In this document: piece by piece, positions 53,774 to 55,780 of the stretch
How positions within the stretch are numbered: position 1 is the first letter of the stretch
Layout: each line of letters opens with the position of its first letter
Origin: Intoshia linei
Taxonomy: Eukaryota; Animalia; Orthonectida
Assembly (NCBI GenBank): GCA_001642005.1
Contig: LWCA01000098.1
Location: 1-55,780, forward strand
Direction: 5' to 3'
DNA: 55,780 bases
The notes under the pieces: generated by a model
Told to the model about the DNA's origin: nothing
Databases searched by the model: none
Seen by the model: only the letters and a program-made list of their open reading frames with translations
Position numbers and translations under genes: made by a program

Positions 53774-54594
53774 TTATATATTTACAATAATTGAATCAAT
53801 CATTCTCAAATTTGAACCACCTCTTAAAGCTAAAACCAAATGTAAAACAGACCCTCCGCAAATTTTGTATTCTTCCAAAGTTTTTGCATCATCTCTTAAT
53901 TACAATATAAAAATTATTATTATTATTTAACTTACATCTGCTTTCCACCATAAATGAGTCTCTGTTGTTGTGGTGGTAAACCTTCCTTTTCTTCAACTTT
54001 TTCTTTAATTCGTTCAACCTAATATATTTCAAAAACATACGACAAGATTATACGAGATCATCAGGTTCGATGTCGATATCAATCTATCCAAATAATAAAA
54101 ATGAATTAAGGAGTATTATATATACCTCTTTACCGGTGAGTGTCTATAATGTAAATTAAATTAAAGAGTAATGATAAACTATGTGTTTCCGCTAAACCCA
54201 ATTAAATGTTAACATTTTATAAAACTGAGAATAATACAATATAAAATTATATGTAATAAAACTAGTTATCAGCCTTTTGCATCTTGTGACACCCTTCCAT
54301 TATGAAAAAACATGTCACATGACTACTGTAATATCGATAATTATATCGAGCACTAGTTTATTAAAACATCATATGTATAGCAAAAAAATCTAAACCAACC
54401 TGCAGAATGAAGACGGCGGATGGGAAACGTTCTCAAGTAGGGCCACTTCAAAAAAAATTAAAAAGTAACCCATATCACAAAAATTTCTGGGAAACAATTC
54501 TAAATGCTGGTATTATTGAATATTTAGCGTAAACCATAGTAAATAATTAGGGCATAGGTAAATATTTTAAAAATACCTTCACTTTAACAATCAT
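53774..54594 (-). CDS. NEDD8: Ubiquitin-like protein NEDD8
   Basis: Exons 54594-54577, 54143-54126, 54083-54054, 54018-53936 and 53894-53774: [76 protein letters not shown] plus tail. Ala72 is diagnostic of NEDD8. Confidence 0.96.
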
Positions 54595-54633
54595 AAAATT
54601 AATTTCCAAAAACAAAATATAGTTCAGTTTATT

Positions 54634-54719
54634 ATGTCTAATGTTACTAAATTTATAAAATCTCTTCGAGAAATTCGAATACACTTATGCAGTAAATCTA
54701 AGGGAAGTGAAGGAGTGAG
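54634..54719 (+). CDS. NDUFA2: NADH dehydrogenase 1 alpha subcomplex subunit 2 (B8), exon 1; remainder not found in window
   Basis: MSNVTKFIKSLREIRIHLCSKSKGSEGVR then a GT donor; matches the conserved LREIRIHLCQ.S.GS.GVR. Confidence 0.88.
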
Positions 54720-54865
54720 GTATTTAATTAAATAGATAACTTTAATTTAATAATTAGTTAATTATCAGAAACTAAACTATCAATATTGTAGTTTTTATAT
54801 ATTTTTTTTATTCTAGCATTATGAATTCAAATTTTGTTTCTTTACCATCTAAAATTCATCTTGAC

Positions 54866-55169
54866 CGAGGTGTCAATTATACGGCCCTCTGGCGATTTGC
54901 GGTCCCCAATTATGGAATGTGCGGCCCGCGTTAAAAATATAAATTTTTATTTTTTATAACAATTTATTAAACATTTCTTATTTTACAGTTTTTTCATATA
55001 TTTTTTATGATTTATTTATTCATTGTTATAGTTTTTACACTTATTCCATTTTGTTGTTTCATATTTTATTTTATGAATTAAAATTATTATAAATTAATTA
55101 AATCTGTTAGTTTTATCATAATTTTTTTTCACATTTGGCCCACCAAGCAAATTGAGTCTGACACCCCTG
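54866..55169. mobile_element. hAT MITE in NDUFA2 intron 1
   Basis: CGAGGTGTCA ... TGACACCCCTG; perfect TSD ATCTTGAC; sister of 45340-45663. Confidence 0.9.
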
Positions 55170-55780
55170 ATCTTGACTAAACTTTCAAATTGAAAGATTA
55201 ATATTATTTATATTTTTGGATTTTTGTGGCTTCGAGTATAAAAATTATTTAGAATTATAGTATTTATACTCATATATCGTAGATATCATTTAAATTTGAA
55301 ATTATTTACCCTTGTAGTTATCGAGATATATCGTGTGACCATATCGTCACATTGGTAGAATATGTGTACAGTACAGTGTACACTAGGGTGTCCACTTTTT
55401 TAAAGATCAAAAAGTATATTTGCCTATGGATGTATTTTTATGCGCTGATCACGATTATGTATACATTATATGTTTTAATTAAGATTTTCTTCGCCTATTT
55501 TTTAAAACGTCTTTTAATAAAATAAACGTAAACATACCTTTATTTATTTTACAATACAATTGAATTTAATAATTAATATTGATAAATGCCAAAAGTTAAT
55601 AATTTAATCTTTAAAAATGGTTTGAAGTGGACACGTTCATATGGTTTAGTAATTAGTGTACCTCTAGATAGTCTATGCAGATTGCCGACAACTAAAAAAG
55701 TTATGGGAAGGTATCATTTACAAATCGAAAATAGCAAAAAATGCAAATCATATTATTGTAATAAAACTGCTGAAGAACTA

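Noticed and set aside
54395-54468. Peptide [11 protein letters not shown] resembling a terpene-cyclase QW motif in NEDD8 intron 1
   Set aside because: Only ~24 codons bounded by stops, with no flanking homology; chance or captured debris.

Overview
Very AT-rich, intron-containing eukaryotic (metazoan) DNA, not prokaryotic. The ORF track is mostly isolated exons or noise, so genes were rebuilt by hand-splicing GT..AG introns. Most introns are tiny (35-51 nt); the long ones contain transposon debris. This resembles a compact invertebrate or parasite genome (an orthonectid such as Intoshia is a guess, not shown). The first ~19 kb holds hAT remnants, an assembly-like duplication, a small secreted Cys-rich gene, a dead intron-containing Harbinger/ISL2EU-type transposase and an Ig/FN3 cell-adhesion gene lacking a clear 5' end. 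From 19 kb onward lies a dense housekeeping cluster on almost strictly alternating strands: Drosha(-), ALG14(+), RPIA(-), SmF(+), ANKRD26-like(-), CCDC57-like(+), RABL3(-), KRI1(+), calmodulin-like(+), NEDD8(-), NDUFA2(+, partial). The most unusual observations are divergent gene pairs with start codons only ~39-72 nt apart, an N-terminally minimal Drosha, a RABL3 with a non-canonical G4 motif, and several apparently lineage-specific MITE/Helitron families. No CRISPR array, rRNA or tRNA was recognised. I cannot demonstrate a wholly new biological system from sequence alone.
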